A stretch of DNA of 44,076 nt, taken from Candidatus Woesearchaeota archaeon. GTDB taxonomy: Archaea > Nanobdellota > Nanobdellia > Pacearchaeales > GW2011-AR1. The stretch's first letter is position 1. Each line of letters opens with the position of its first letter. Location of the stretch: positions 1 to 44,076 of the forward strand of contig CAYHOV010000002.1 in assembly GCA_964358615.1 (NCBI GenBank). Reading direction: 5' to 3'. A model generated the notes under the pieces. That model was not told the origin of the DNA, did no database searches, and worked only from the letters and a program-made list of their open reading frames with translations. Shown one piece after another: positions 1-9,591 of the stretch. The translations under genes were made by a program, and so were the position numbers.

Positions 1-70
1 TAAAAGTGAAATTTCCGTCGCTGATATTAAATTTATTAACAAAGCAAGTAACATTTGCACCACTTCCAAC

Positions 71-3000
71 TTATGTCATTGACTCATAAAATCCATACCA
101 ATCCAAAACACAAGAATCAACACCCACATTATTTGTCACACTCGCATTGATAATTGTCCAATTGTAATTTTGTATTGTATTATTTTCAGGTGTCGGGCTG
201 ATTAAATTTACCGTCGGAGGAGTTATATCAGTTGCAGTAACAGTATAAGTAATCACGCTTAAATCTGTTGCAGGGAAAGTGATTGTCTTCGAGGTAGTAT
301 TAATTAAAATTTGTGAAGTTATATCAAATGTTCCGCTTGAATTTGTGATATTTGCTTGTATGCCCCAATCATCAGGCACACCATAGTATGAATAATTCGT
401 CCAAGCAGTGATATTTGTAGTTATTGCGCGATAACCCTCTGCTACATAAATATCAGATATAGTTACTGTCCAAACTTTTTTTGCAGATACATTTTCTATA
501 ATATTTTCAGTATCTCTTAATGCATCCCTATATGTATGCCTTATCGTTTCGTTGATTGTAGTTAGTGCAGGTATGATCTCTGTTGTCCACATAATTTGAT
601 TATCAGAGTGTACCATCGCAGTATTTGGAGCTCCTGCTGATACATTATCCGATGCTAATAATTGCCCCGTACTATTGAAAATATAACTGGAATTTGGAAC
701 AATGCTATTTGGGTAGTCTGTCTGAATTTCTGATTTGTACCAGTATTCCAAAACTTCAGGAGTGCTTTGAGTATTGTTGAACCGTATTGTTGCTAATTTT
801 GTTGCATTTAATCTTTGATTTGGTCCTATGTAATATCCTGCATCTAATTGAGTTTCAGCTACTATTAATGTCTGTGTCTCAAAAGGTCGCAAATTATGAA
901 TCTCTATATTTGCGGGCTCATTTGTATAATTATAATATATACTCATTTCTTCATTTATCGCAGATGAACAATTAAGATGCAGATGAAATGATAAATAATC
1001 GTTTTGATCTAATGTTGTGTTTGATGTTATATTTTGTTCTATAAGCGTCGGCGTATTTGCCTCTATTGTCGACTCTGGTCCGCATTTATGGACTAAAGTG
1101 TTAAGATAATAATCTTCTACCTGGATACACAATATTGGTTTACATATTGTATCATTCAATGATAAATTCAAACGCAGGGTTTGTGTACCTATCAAATTAA
1201 TTGTTTTCATCAGAGACCCATTTATTCCTGAACCATAAAAAAATAATGTCAATTGATCTTCACTCATGCCTGCAGAGAGGCTTATATTTCTTGATAGAGT
1301 ATACACACTTCCTGTTGGTGGTTCTTTCCTCAACCAAGTTGTAGAGTAGTTATTAAATAAACTATAAGTTCTATTTTCCCATTCAGATAAATACATAAAT
1401 GCCCAAACGTTTGTCGACGTGCTATTGATGGCATTTACATAATTTGTTTTTGAACATGAGATATTAAATGTAACTATGTTGTACATCAAGTAATTATTTA
1501 TTTGTCCAGAATAATTTCCAGTAGTTGCATTATATGTTAGTTCTGTAACATCGTTAGTTTCATCATTAGTCACATCGCAAGTCGCTCCTGAAATCGGTAG
1601 TCCTGTTGAATTATCAACAAATCTTGCTTGGAATGGGATATAAATGTCATAACCATGATCCAGGCTTCTTCCCTGATGATACATTGTCTGGTTAACGCTG
1701 AATGTCAAGCTCGTCGGTCTCGACTGAACAATAAAACTCTGCAAGTCTGTCTGATTCGCATTTCCAACAGAATCATTCGCCCAGAAGAACCAACTTACAT
1801 TTGTTCCTGCCGTCGCTGTTATCAACGAAATATTCTGCGAAACATTTGTCGTCCCTGTAAATATGGTGTAAGAACTATTCACAAAATTTCCAGTCTGATT
1901 TATCGAGAATATATATCCTGCAAGCTGGGCATTTGTCCAAGTCGCATTGAAATTGACATTCATCCCATTATAAATAACGGTCTCATTTTTCTGTAAATTA
2001 GACCAAGATGGTTTTCCAGTATCTTTATAGAACGTTACCGTCGATGAATTCACATTTCCAGCAGAATCATTCGCCCAGACTCTCCAGGTATTTGATCCTT
2101 CAATTGAAGTTAATCCCGAAACATTCTGTCCGCAAGTTATAGTAGTGTTTGTAACTCCATTATCAAGCGAATACCAACAAGTTTGTGGATTAATATCTAG
2201 TAGAGTATAATTCAAATTCGAGACATTTACATTATAAGTTATATTTTGCGGATAGACTATATTTACTCCTGGATAGATTGTATCAATTGTTATAGTTTTA
2301 TTCGACGTCACAAAATAATTTCCAGCTCGGTCATAGGCTTTCCAGAACCAGGTATAAAATCCGTCGACAAGATTGACAAAAATTCCAAGTCCATATTCCA
2401 ACGGATTTCCGACGATATTTACCGTAGTTTGGTTGTAAAGTCCAGTTGTATTATAGATATTCAAAGTCGCATTTGCCAATCCCAAATTATCACTCAAGTT
2501 AACAGAGAAATTCTGATTAGAGATATTCGTCGCAGTTCCATTTATCGGATTTATTACTGTTGCATTCGGAGCAAATGTGTCGATTGTAACATTCCTAGTC
2601 TCAGTAGAATTACAGTTCAATGCATAATCGCAGGCAGTCGCATTGAAATAATAAACTCCATTAGCCAGCGACGTGAAATTCAAGAAGAGCTGACTTGTTG
2701 AGGTCATAGTCGAATTTACCAATCCAGTAGAATTATACAATCTGATTGTGACATTCGCTAAATTAGTATCATTCACACTAATATTAACAAGAATATTATT
2801 TCTTGTCAAAAGTATTGTTCCAGAAGTTTCACTAGGTAAAGTAAAATTTATTTGCGGAACAGTTGCATCTATATAGACATATCTTATGCTTGTCTGGTTA
2901 GTATTGCCGACAGTATCATTAGTCCATGCATAGAATGTATAATTGCCATCAGCCAGCCCAGTTTTATTTGACCAGTATATATCTCCAACATTATTCTGGA

Positions 3001-6000
3001 ATGATTCATTTGAGCCATTCCAATTTAAGAGGACAGTATCGATATTTGGATCAGATGCAGTTATATTGATGAACACCCAATTTTTATTAGACCAGGTGCT
3101 ATTTGATTGTGTATTTGGATTATAATATATCAAAGGATTTTGCGTATCCAAAGTAAATGTTCTCGAATCAGAATCAAAAGAATCTCCAAAACTATTATTA
3201 CAGCTTACATACCAATCATAATATCCATCTGAAAAATTTTGCTGGAAGTACAGAGTAGTTGAATTTGGAGGCGATTGTGTTGTCTTATTTATTTCTAAAT
3301 TTATCATAAGATTGCAAGAATCAGCCGCCGGACCAGTATAGTTATACGAGAATGTTACATTTGAAGTCAATATCTTTGCTAGATCATCAGGCGAGATTGT
3401 AGTTACCAGGGTCGGACCAGGCTCAGACGAATAAATTTTTATTGTTCTTGTTTCTGTTCTATTGGAATTTCCTGCTTCATCATAGAGTATAAAATAATAT
3501 CCATAATTTCCAGTGTATAGCACACTAGTATTCCCCGCCCAATCCGACGTTGTTCCTGTAAAATTAGCGCTAAAATTTTGCCATGTTCCTGAAAAATTAT
3601 TTGAAAAGATATAATTTGAAAGTTTATAGTTATCCGATACCTGGACCTGGAAACTTACCTCGCTATTATTATAAATTGGATCTGAAAGACTAGCACCATA
3701 GGTGTCATTATCATAACTTGGAGCCTGATTATCTATCCTTACTGGAATTGTCGAATAAAATAAATTATTCGCCGGAGTAGAATTATCATACACATAATAA
3801 TTTATATAATTTATTCCTGTTGCAGCGCCGTTGATTACTGCAGAGATATTCCATACGCTGATTTGATTTGCGCTCCTATTACCTGATTCAAAATTCATCG
3901 TTGCATTTCCAGTGCCATTCAAAAGAGTCAGATCAATCTTCGAGATGTTGATGCCCTCGCCGTTATCTGTAGCATTTACGCGGATTGTTAATGTTTGACT
4001 ATTTCTTATCGACGTAGCATTATTTGGATAAATAACAGAGTAAGTCGCTTTAGGTATGCCGAAAGCTATAGTATAATGTCTTGTTGGAATCGAACTATTG
4101 CAGTTTCCGCTTGTATCACACGGCAAGATCCGAACATCATATCCTTCAGTCGCGTTGCTGAAGCTTGAAGTGTCCCATAAACATTGATAAGGCGAATTTA
4201 TCTGGTCGCAATTCACAAAGTCTGTCCAATTTGATGTTGAATTTTTATACTGGAAAGATGCATAGGCTACATCAACATTGTCCGTAGCTGTTCCGAGGAT
4301 TGTTATGTTGCCATTTATCTGGATATTGTTTGGTGGCGATACAATGCTTCCTGTTGGATATTCATTGTCTATTATCGGTTCAGGATATATATAATATAAC
4401 AGCTCTTTGCAATTTATATTCCCGCTTGTATCATTTGCGCACCATCTGTAACTGTGCGTGGTGTCTGACACAGAGGGTATTGTTCTTACAACAGAAACTA
4501 TCGCTGATTTTGAATTGACAGGAATATATGTTGTATTTCCCCAACTAAAGTTGCCTGCCTTTATTGTGAAATATAAATCTCTTTTTGGTTTTACCCACCA
4601 TAATACGCCGCCAGACCTCATCAGACTGCCTCCGCTATACGGATTTAAAGCAGAATAATATGTCGCATAGGTCCAAGGAGAGGTGCTGGCTGGAGATTTT
4701 AATACTAAGGCATATAACACATTCGGATTGACTGCGATTGTTTTGCTGAAATTTCCGCAGAAAACTGTTTTGGTTGAACTTATCGACGTATTCAATATTG
4801 TAAAGTTTGTAAGCTCTAAACTTGGAGTTCCTTTTGCATTTACACTGTACAAACTTACGATTACATTTCCTTTTTTGCCTCGGTTATTGAATGCCAGTTC
4901 AACACAAGCTTCATATATATTTGTGCTGTTTAAAAATTTGAACTGTTGTCCTATCTTTGTCGTATCGCCAAATGTGTATTTTTTTGGATCAGATGTCTGT
5001 GATACATTACTGCCGTAGACCACGCCAAAATTATCTGTGAACCAAGCAGTATTTACCATTGTATTGTCTGCGACATTTGCAGAAAAATTTATCACTCTGT
5101 TAATAAGCCCATAGGACGAATTTGAAGTTAACTGAGTGATTGAAGGAGCAAAGCCATCATTTATCGTCGCTGTGTAATTTGTCGACGCAAATGAACACTG
5201 CGAAGAACTATCACATGCCCTGCAATTCCAGGAGATTGTCCCAACACTTAAATTTGTCCTGTTAAAACTTGTCTGATTAAAAATTCCAGTTACTGTTGTA
5301 GTTCCATTTGCAAGCCATGTTCCATTTTTATTCCAATAGAATGTGATGTTAACAAGATTATTATCGTCGGTCGCATTGCATGTAAAAGTAATATTATTAT
5401 TCGCACTGACATTCCCATTGTTTGGACTGATGAGAGTTACCGCAGGAGAATTGTCTACAGAAGGCGCACTAGTCGTCGTAGGAATTGGTCTGAATGCAAT
5501 AGAACTACAGTCATAGGTATTAACAGTCGTGGCTGCAGTTATTGAAGCATCACCATAATTACTAAAACTTGAACCATTCCAGCTGAAAGAACCAATCTCC
5601 GAAGTGCTGTCTAATCTTGCACCTAATATTCTTACAGAATCTGTTGAATTTGGATTTCTGTAAAGATTAAGATATCGTCCAGTTCCTACATAACTTGAAA
5701 TTGTCCAGATTGAATTATTGCATTTTGGCGTGCAATTAATCACACTTAGCGTAGTTCCAGCACTATCAGTATCCCAGACAAGTTTTCCTATAGAACCATT
5801 ATTTTCCCACTCAAAATCTCCAGCACGATTTGAGCCATCAGAATCTGAGTCTACATCTGTTACACTCCAGGAAGTTCCATTCCAGAAGATTGTTCTTAGA
5901 TAATTGACAGAATCCATTGCAACACCCTGCAGATAATTTGATGACGGATCTGCTTTTAATGTGACCCATCTTATGGTTTTACCAGGAGCAATATCTCCAA

Positions 6001-7903
6001 TATCAGCTCTTGCCCAAGAATTTCCATTCCAATATGCTCCACTAAGATTCCCGGGGTTAGATATATCTCCTGCAATGACCATTCCCTTTGTGCCGTCAGA
6101 AGTATATCTCACAGCAATGTCCTGATCTGCCCCAGTAGTATCTGTAGCAGCAACCGTAATCTGATTATTCCAAGAACTTCCATTCCAGACCCATGCAATA
6201 TTACGCCCATTAGTGCCATCATGGGCTACAGCAATTATCTCCTTGCTGTTGTTCAATGGATTCCTATCTGCAATAGTCCAACTATATTGCAAGTCCAAAG
6301 CAGAAGTATTATCATCTATACATTTTTCTTCACTAGCAGAAAAGTTAGTGCTGGCATTAAGTAAAACTTGGTATGCTAAATCGCAAGTAGTCGTAGAATT
6401 AAAAACAGAATAAACTAACATAGCATTTCCTGTTGAAGTTTCAAATGCAATATCATATTGTTGCTGACCTGGCGTACCTGCTGCGGCTTTTGCAAGATCA
6501 TTAGTTACCTGCCAGTTGCTTGCATTTGCACAATTTGCAGTGCAAACATATGCATCCAAAAATCCGTCGCTAGCTGTTGAAACAACTAAAACAAGCTTGT
6601 TCAATTGGGGAGACCATTTTAGCACTGCGTATCTCACACCAGTTCCTGCAGTTGGAAGTTCTACCTCACTTCCCCATGATCCCTGTCCTGCAGGATTCCA
6701 TGCTCTGACTTTTGGGCAGTTTACTCCACAGGTACCAGTACTTGAACGATAGGCAATAAAAGCCGAGGCATTGACTGCTAGTTCTGCATCATGTATATAA
6801 TCAAATTCCAAATACGCCGAAGAATTATTTTCAGCATTCACAACTTTTATATCAAAAACATTATTGCTTCCACTCATTCCACCGACAGTGATATCATACT
6901 GTCCTGTCGCTCCAATAACTGCCGTCGAACCAATAATCGTCGAAGAACCATTTTCATAGATATTTACCGACGTGTTCAGACTCTGATTATTCCTCAGATA
7001 AAGATTTATTACATTTCCATTTGTTAAATTACTTTCAAACGTAGCTCGGATATACTGATTGTGATAAATTGGTTCGCTCCAAATTCCATCCTGCGTTTTT
7101 GTCTGATTATAGACATCAGAAATAAATCCACGACTCGAGTTAAGATGTTCTGCCCGAGTGATATTTATTTCTGCAAATCCAGGATCTTCAGGAGTTAAAG
7201 TAAATGAATATTCCTGTCCAGGAGTTATATCCATTAATTTTATCCAAGTTCCAAGACATTCTTGATTTGCAAAATTCCAATCTTTGCACTTGTACAATTC
7301 ATTCCCTTTTGCGACAACAGTCACAGTCGCATCTGTGAAACTCAGGCTTGAAGGATCGATTGCATAGACTTCCACTGAATTCGAAGTTCCTTTGCTTTCA
7401 GGAACATTATCAATTCCCAGTTCGGTTGTTCCGCTTACAACAAGATTTTTCAATTCAATTTTTTTGATCGGTCCTGATTTAGGAGTCACATCCATATCAA
7501 CAATTTCATCATTGCCCTCTTGCTTGCTATTCTTCACAACACTATCAAAATCAACTTTGTCCTTGCTTTCTTTTGAATCTAATTTTCTCGTGCTCTTCGA
7601 GGTAATCACAATAGGAGCATCATCATGTCCTCCGCCCTTATATTTTTTAGTTTGGTTTGATATTTCTCCGACTACCGGCATTGATCCTCCGCTGACATTT
7701 ATCAATGTTTGGAGATCAGAAATATTCATCGAAAGATTATCAGAAATATTCTCAGAAATATTTTCCATTCCATCAAGCACACTGAATCCAGTCATCATCG
7801 GCTCGGCATAAAAAATCAAAGCCACAAGCACAAACATCAATAAAAATTTCAAAAATATTCCATTGCTTAAAATTCCACTAGGTCTATTTTTTCGGCTGCT
7901 CAT
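71..7903 (-). CDS. Giant (2610 aa) cell-surface adhesin-like protein: N-terminal membrane anchor/signal, WNGxSW propeller-like repeats, tandem Ig-like modules, very dense N-x-S/T sequons
   Basis: A single uninterrupted 7.8-kb ORF in an AT-rich genome. Hydrophobic N-terminus (GIFLKFLLMFVLVALIFYA). Repeated WNGSSW / WNGNSW / WNGTSW motifs. Modules shared with the 3497-aa ORF (CWYSLDNG..EGSNTW..NDSAGN; NCRACDSSSQC; LYNSTGLVNS). ATGA overlap with the upstream wHTH gene. Confidence 0.85.
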   Translation of the reverse strand: MSSRKNRPSGILSNGIFLKFLLMFVLVALIFYAEPMMTGFSVLDGMENISENISDNLSMNISDLQTLINVSGGSMPVVGEISNQTKKYKGGGHDDAPIVITSKSTRKLDSKESKDKVDFDSVVKNSKQEGNDEIVDMDVTPKSGPIKKIELKNLVVSGTTELGIDNVPESKGTSNSVEVYAIDPSSLSFTDATVTVVAKGNELYKCKDWNFANQECLGTWIKLMDITPGQEYSFTLTPEDPGFAEINITRAEHLNSSRGFISDVYNQTKTQDGIWSEPIYHNQYIRATFESNLTNGNVINLYLRNNQSLNTSVNIYENGSSTIIGSTAVIGATGQYDITVGGMSGSNNVFDIKVVNAENNSSAYLEFDYIHDAELAVNASAFIAYRSSTGTCGVNCPKVRAWNPAGQGSWGSEVELPTAGTGVRYAVLKWSPQLNKLVLVVSTASDGFLDAYVCTANCANASNWQVTNDLAKAAAGTPGQQQYDIAFETSTGNAMLVYSVFNSTTTCDLAYQVLLNASTNFSASEEKCIDDNTSALDLQYSWTIADRNPLNNSKEIIAVAHDGTNGRNIAWVWNGSSWNNQITVAATDTTGADQDIAVRYTSDGTKGMVIAGDISNPGNLSGAYWNGNSWARADIGDIAPGKTIRWVTLKADPSSNYLQGVAMDSVNYLRTIFWNGTSWSVTDVDSDSDGSNRAGDFEWENNGSIGKLVWDTDSAGTTLSVINCTPKCNNSIWTISSYVGTGRYLNLYRNPNSTDSVRILGARLDSTSEIGSFSWNGSSFSNYGDASITAATTVNTYDCSSIAFRPIPTTTSAPSVDNSPAVTLISPNNGNVSANNNITFTCNATDDNNLVNITFYWNKNGTWLANGTTTVTGIFNQTSFNRTNLSVGTISWNCRACDSSSQCSFASTNYTATINDGFAPSITQLTSNSSYGLINRVINFSANVADNTMVNTAWFTDNFGVVYGSNVSQTSDPKKYTFGDTTKIGQQFKFLNSTNIYEACVELAFNNRGKKGNVIVSLYSVNAKGTPSLELTNFTILNTSISSTKTVFCGNFSKTIAVNPNVLYALVLKSPASTSPWTYATYYSALNPYSGGSLMRSGGVLWWVKPKRDLYFTIKAGNFSWGNTTYIPVNSKSAIVSVVRTIPSVSDTTHSYRWCANDTSGNINCKELLYYIYPEPIIDNEYPTGSIVSPPNNIQINGNITILGTATDNVDVAYASFQYKNSTSNWTDFVNCDQINSPYQCLWDTSSFSNATEGYDVRILPCDTSGNCNSSIPTRHYTIAFGIPKATYSVIYPNNATSIRNSQTLTIRVNATDNGEGINISKIDLTLLNGTGNATMNFESGNRSANQISVWNISAVINGAATGINYINYYVYDNSTPANNLFYSTIPVRIDNQAPSYDNDTYGASLSDPIYNNSEVSFQVQVSDNYKLSNYIFSNNFSGTWQNFSANFTGTTSDWAGNTSVLYTGNYGYYFILYDEAGNSNRTETRTIKIYSSEPGPTLVTTISPDDLAKILTSNVTFSYNYTGPAADSCNLMINLEINKTTQSPPNSTTLYFQQNFSDGYYDWYVSCNNSFGDSFDSDSRTFTLDTQNPLIYYNPNTQSNSTWSNKNWVFINITASDPNIDTVLLNWNGSNESFQNNVGDIYWSNKTGLADGNYTFYAWTNDTVGNTNQTSIRYVYIDATVPQINFTLPSETSGTILLTRNNILVNISVNDTNLANVTIRLYNSTGLVNSTMTSTSQLFLNFTSLANGVYYFNATACDYALNCNSTETRNVTIDTFAPNATVINPINGTATNISNQNFSVNLSDNLGLANATLNIYNTTGLYNQTTVNIVGNPLEYGLGIFVNLVDGFYTWFWKAYDRAGNYFVTSNKTITIDTIYPGVNIVYPQNITYNVNVSNLNYTLLDINPQTCWYSLDNGVTNTTITCGQNVSGLTSIEGSNTWRVWANDSAGNVNSSTVTFYKDTGKPSWSNLQKNETVIYNGMNVNFNATWTNAQLAGYIFSINQTGNFVNSSYTIFTGTTNVSQNISLITATAGTNVSWFFWANDSVGNANQTDLQSFIVQSRPTSLTFSVNQTMYHQGRSLDHGYDIYIPFQARFVDNSTGLPISGATCDVTNDETNDVTELTYNATTGNYSGQINNYLMYNIVTFNISCSKTNYVNAINSTSTNVWAFMYLSEWENRTYSLFNNYSTTWLRKEPPTGSVYTLSRNISLSAGMSEDQLTLFFYGSGINGSLMKTINLIGTQTLRLNLSLNDTICKPILCIQVEDYYLNTLVHKCGPESTIEANTPTLIEQNITSNTTLDQNDYLSFHLHLNCSSAINEEMSIYYNYTNEPANIEIHNLRPFETQTLIVAETQLDAGYYIGPNQRLNATKLATIRFNNTQSTPEVLEYWYKSEIQTDYPNSIVPNSSYIFNSTGQLLASDNVSAGAPNTAMVHSDNQIMWTTEIIPALTTINETIRHTYRDALRDTENIIENVSAKKVWTVTISDIYVAEGYRAITTNITAWTNYSYYGVPDDWGIQANITNSSGTFDITSQILINTTSKTITFPATDLSVITYTVTATDITPPTVNLISPTPENNTIQNYNWTIINASVTNNVGVDSCVLDWYGFYESMT

Positions 7904-8145
7904 TTTGTACCTCCATTAGAATTTAATTTCTCACACCACCAGATCCAAGTTCCCTTTCCAGAACCGACCTGTTTTCCCTTGATCAAACCCTCACCACGCA
8001 GATTATTCAACCGGTACAAAAGCTTTACCCTAGTTATTCGCTTCAGAACAAGTTCAATCTCTTTCGTCTCGAGCGGTTCATTTACTTCTCTAAGAGTTTT
8101 AAGAATATCCTTACTAACTACATCATGCTCTTTTTTCATTGCCAT
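7900..8145 (-). CDS. Small winged-helix (wHTH) DNA-binding protein, translationally coupled to the giant gene
   Basis: 81 aa. The helix-rich segment LKTLREVNEPLETKEIELVLKRITRVKLLYRLNNLRGEGLI followed by a beta-wing (KGKQVGSGKGTWIWW) is typical of MarR/ArsR-like wHTH folds. Its stop overlaps the giant gene ATG by 4 nt. Confidence 0.55.
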   Translation of the reverse strand: MAMKKEHDVVSKDILKTLREVNEPLETKEIELVLKRITRVKLLYRLNNLRGEGLIKGKQVGSGKGTWIWWCEKLNSNGGTK

Positions 8146-8160
8146 TCTTACTCTTTTTTG

Positions 8161-8170
8161 CTTTTTAAAG
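8161..8170 (-). promoter_or_regulatory. TATA-like box (CTTTAAAAAG on the minus strand) about 24 nt upstream of the wHTH ATG
   Basis: Matches the TTTAAA(T/A)A box seen 22-30 nt upstream of many first-in-operon starts in this window. Confidence 0.45.
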
Positions 8171-8188
8171 ATATCTATCCATGAAGGT

Positions 8189-8236
8189 ACTCATACAGAC
8201 ACTCATACAGTCACTAATATAGTCACCAATACATTC
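8189..8236. repeat. Four tandem degenerate 12-mers (ACTCATACAGAC / ACTCATACAGTC / ACTAATATAGTC / ACCAATACATTC)
   Basis: Read directly. Exact 12-nt phasing, located just upstream of the wHTH/giant operon TATA box. Confidence 0.8.
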
Positions 8237-8505
8237 ATCGATAAAGAAATCTCCTCAGGATTTACAATCGGAAATTTCTACAGAGAATATTTTGTAATTC
8301 TCTGTCTGTTAAATTCCTGTTGGAATTTCCCATAATTGAAATTTTTGACAGAGATACTGAACCCAAAAAGGTAATAAACAAATTACGAAGACAAAGAACG
8401 CAAAAAAATACATGAAAACTTAGGTCAAAAAATAAAAAGTTACAAAAGCAAAATTTTTGCCCAATGAACCCGCAGATTTTCTAGAAGATCAAAAAAACCA
8501 AAACA

Positions 8506-8513
8506 TTTAAATA
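8506..8513 (+). promoter_or_regulatory. TATA box TTTAAATA, 29 nt upstream of the ATG at 8535 (leaderless or near-leaderless)
   Basis: Consensus TTTAAATA at conserved spacing. Confidence 0.5.
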
Positions 8514-8534
8514 GTAAGATTAATCTTACTAATC

Positions 8535-8804
8535 ATGGCAAGCATAAGCATAACCACGCTCAGTTCAAAAGGACAGATAGTCATACCGCAAGAGATGCGA
8601 GCAGGCATAAAAGAAGGTGACAAATTAATTTTAATAAAACAAGACAATAAAATAATCCTAAAAAAAATGGAAGATTTCGAAGAAAACATCGAAGAAGATT
8701 TAAAATTTGCAGAAAGAACAGAAAAAGCTTGGAAAGAATATGAACAAAGAACTTTTGTCTCCTTAAAAAAAGACGAGTTTATTAAAGAAATTGCAAAATG
8801 GTGA
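8535..8804 (+). CDS. AbrB/SpoVT-family antitoxin
   Basis: N-terminal SSKGQIVIPQEMRAGIKEGDKLILIK is the looped-hinge-helix SpoVT/AbrB signature. It overlaps the downstream toxin gene by 7 nt. Confidence 0.75.
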   Translation: MASISITTLSSKGQIVIPQEMRAGIKEGDKLILIKQDNKIILKKMEDFEENIEEDLKFAERTEKAWKEYEQRTFVSLKKDEFIKEIAKW

Positions 8805-9046
8805 TTATCGAATATAATTCTAAATTCAAGGAATTTATTGAGAAAATAAAAGACGGTTTACTAAAAGAAAGGATAAAAAAACAAATAATTAAGATTATTG
8901 AAAATCCCGAGATAGGAAAACCGATGAGATATGTAAGAAAAGATACGCGAGAAGTTTATATATCTCCATTCGGGCTTTCCTATGCCTATGTCAAAGAAAA
9001 TAACAAAATCATTTTCCTAGATATCTTTCATAAAGATGAGCAATAA
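8798..9046 (+). CDS. RelE/ParE-superfamily toxin
   Basis: 82 aa. The size, operon position after an antitoxin, and the C-terminal pattern (REVYISPFGLSYAYVKENNKIIFLDIFHKDE) are typical of RelE/ParE. Confidence 0.65.
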   Translation: MVIIEYNSKFKEFIEKIKDGLLKERIKKQIIKIIENPEIGKPMRYVRKDTREVYISPFGLSYAYVKENNKIIFLDIFHKDEQ

Positions 9047-9094
9047 CTACTTTCTTAAAAAATAAAAATTTCTTCTTAAGGCAAAATACAAAGA

Positions 9095-9102
9095 TTTAAA
9101 TA
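9095..9102 (+). promoter_or_regulatory. TATA box TTTAAATA, 27 nt upstream of the ATG at 9122
   Basis: Its presence and spacing support the small unlisted ORF at 9122 as the real first gene of the operon. Confidence 0.5.
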
Positions 9103-9121
9103 TACTCACGAATTCTAGTGT

Positions 9122-9289
9122 ATGCACAAAATGGCCACATTTACAGTCTCTATACCTGAAGATCTGAAGAAAAAGTTAGACGCGCATCCAGAGATAAATT
9201 GGCCAGAGTATTTAAAAAAAAGATTTGAGATAAGAATTAAAGAATTAAAAAAATTTGAAGAGTTGAAAAACTCAGGAAAATTAAGATGA
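9122..9289 (+). CDS. Small (55 aa) RHH/CopG-like putative antitoxin, absent from the ORF track because it is under 60 aa
   Basis: My translation is MHKMATFTVSIPEDLKKKLDAHPEINWPEYLKKRFEIRIKELKKFEELKNSGKLR. The beta-strand plus helix start (TFTVSIPEDLKKKL) is RHH-like. It is paralogous to the N-terminus of the next ORF and has an ATGA overlap with it. Confidence 0.6.
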   Translation: MHKMATFTVSIPEDLKKKLDAHPEINWPEYLKKRFEIRIKELKKFEELKNSGKLR

Positions 9290-9582
9290 CCAGTCTAACT
9301 CTATCACTCTCTGAAGATCTAAAAAATCAATTAAAATATTTTATGTGGGTCAATTGGAGCGAGATTGCTAGAGAAGAAACCATAAAGAAATTAATATTTG
9401 AAAGTTATTTGAAGACCGGAGATTTGACAGACGAAGAATGGAAATTTTGCGAGGAAATTGATTGGCATCCTGTAGACGAACTCCCTCTGAAAGAAGAATT
9501 TATCAAGAAATTAGATTCTATTAAAAAAGAAAAATCTATAAAGTATAAGTCTGTCTCAGATCTATTCAAAAAGATAAAATAG
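9286..9582 (+). CDS. RHH-like putative antitoxin, paralogue of the 9122 ORF with a C-terminal extension
   Basis: TSLTLSLSEDLKNQLKYFMWVNWSEIAREE aligns with TFTVSIPEDLKKKLDAHPEINWPEYLKKR of the preceding ORF. Confidence 0.55.
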   Translation: MTSLTLSLSEDLKNQLKYFMWVNWSEIAREETIKKLIFESYLKTGDLTDEEWKFCEEIDWHPVDELPLKEEFIKKLDSIKKEKSIKYKSVSDLFKKIK

Positions 9583-9591
9583 GGGTGCAGA

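Noticed and set aside
787-7811. Numerous 60-150-aa plus-strand ORFs inside the 2610-aa gene (e.g. 1628..1996, 2246..2701, 7392..7811)
   Set aside because: They are antisense shadow ORFs of a long, compositionally biased gene. Their peptides are low-complexity I/R/S-rich, with no motifs, no TATA boxes and no independent support. The same applies to ORFs inside the 3497-aa gene (24144..24455, 28062..28322, 29062..29343, 30910..31164, 31613..31861).
8507-8689. 60-aa minus-strand ORF opposite the AbrB antitoxin gene, and similar antisense ORFs (10323..10508, 11294..11623, 36238..36477, 37547..37906, 42238..42645)
   Set aside because: Each is antisense to a gene with strong family motifs. None has a motif or promoter, so these are typical AT-rich shadow frames.
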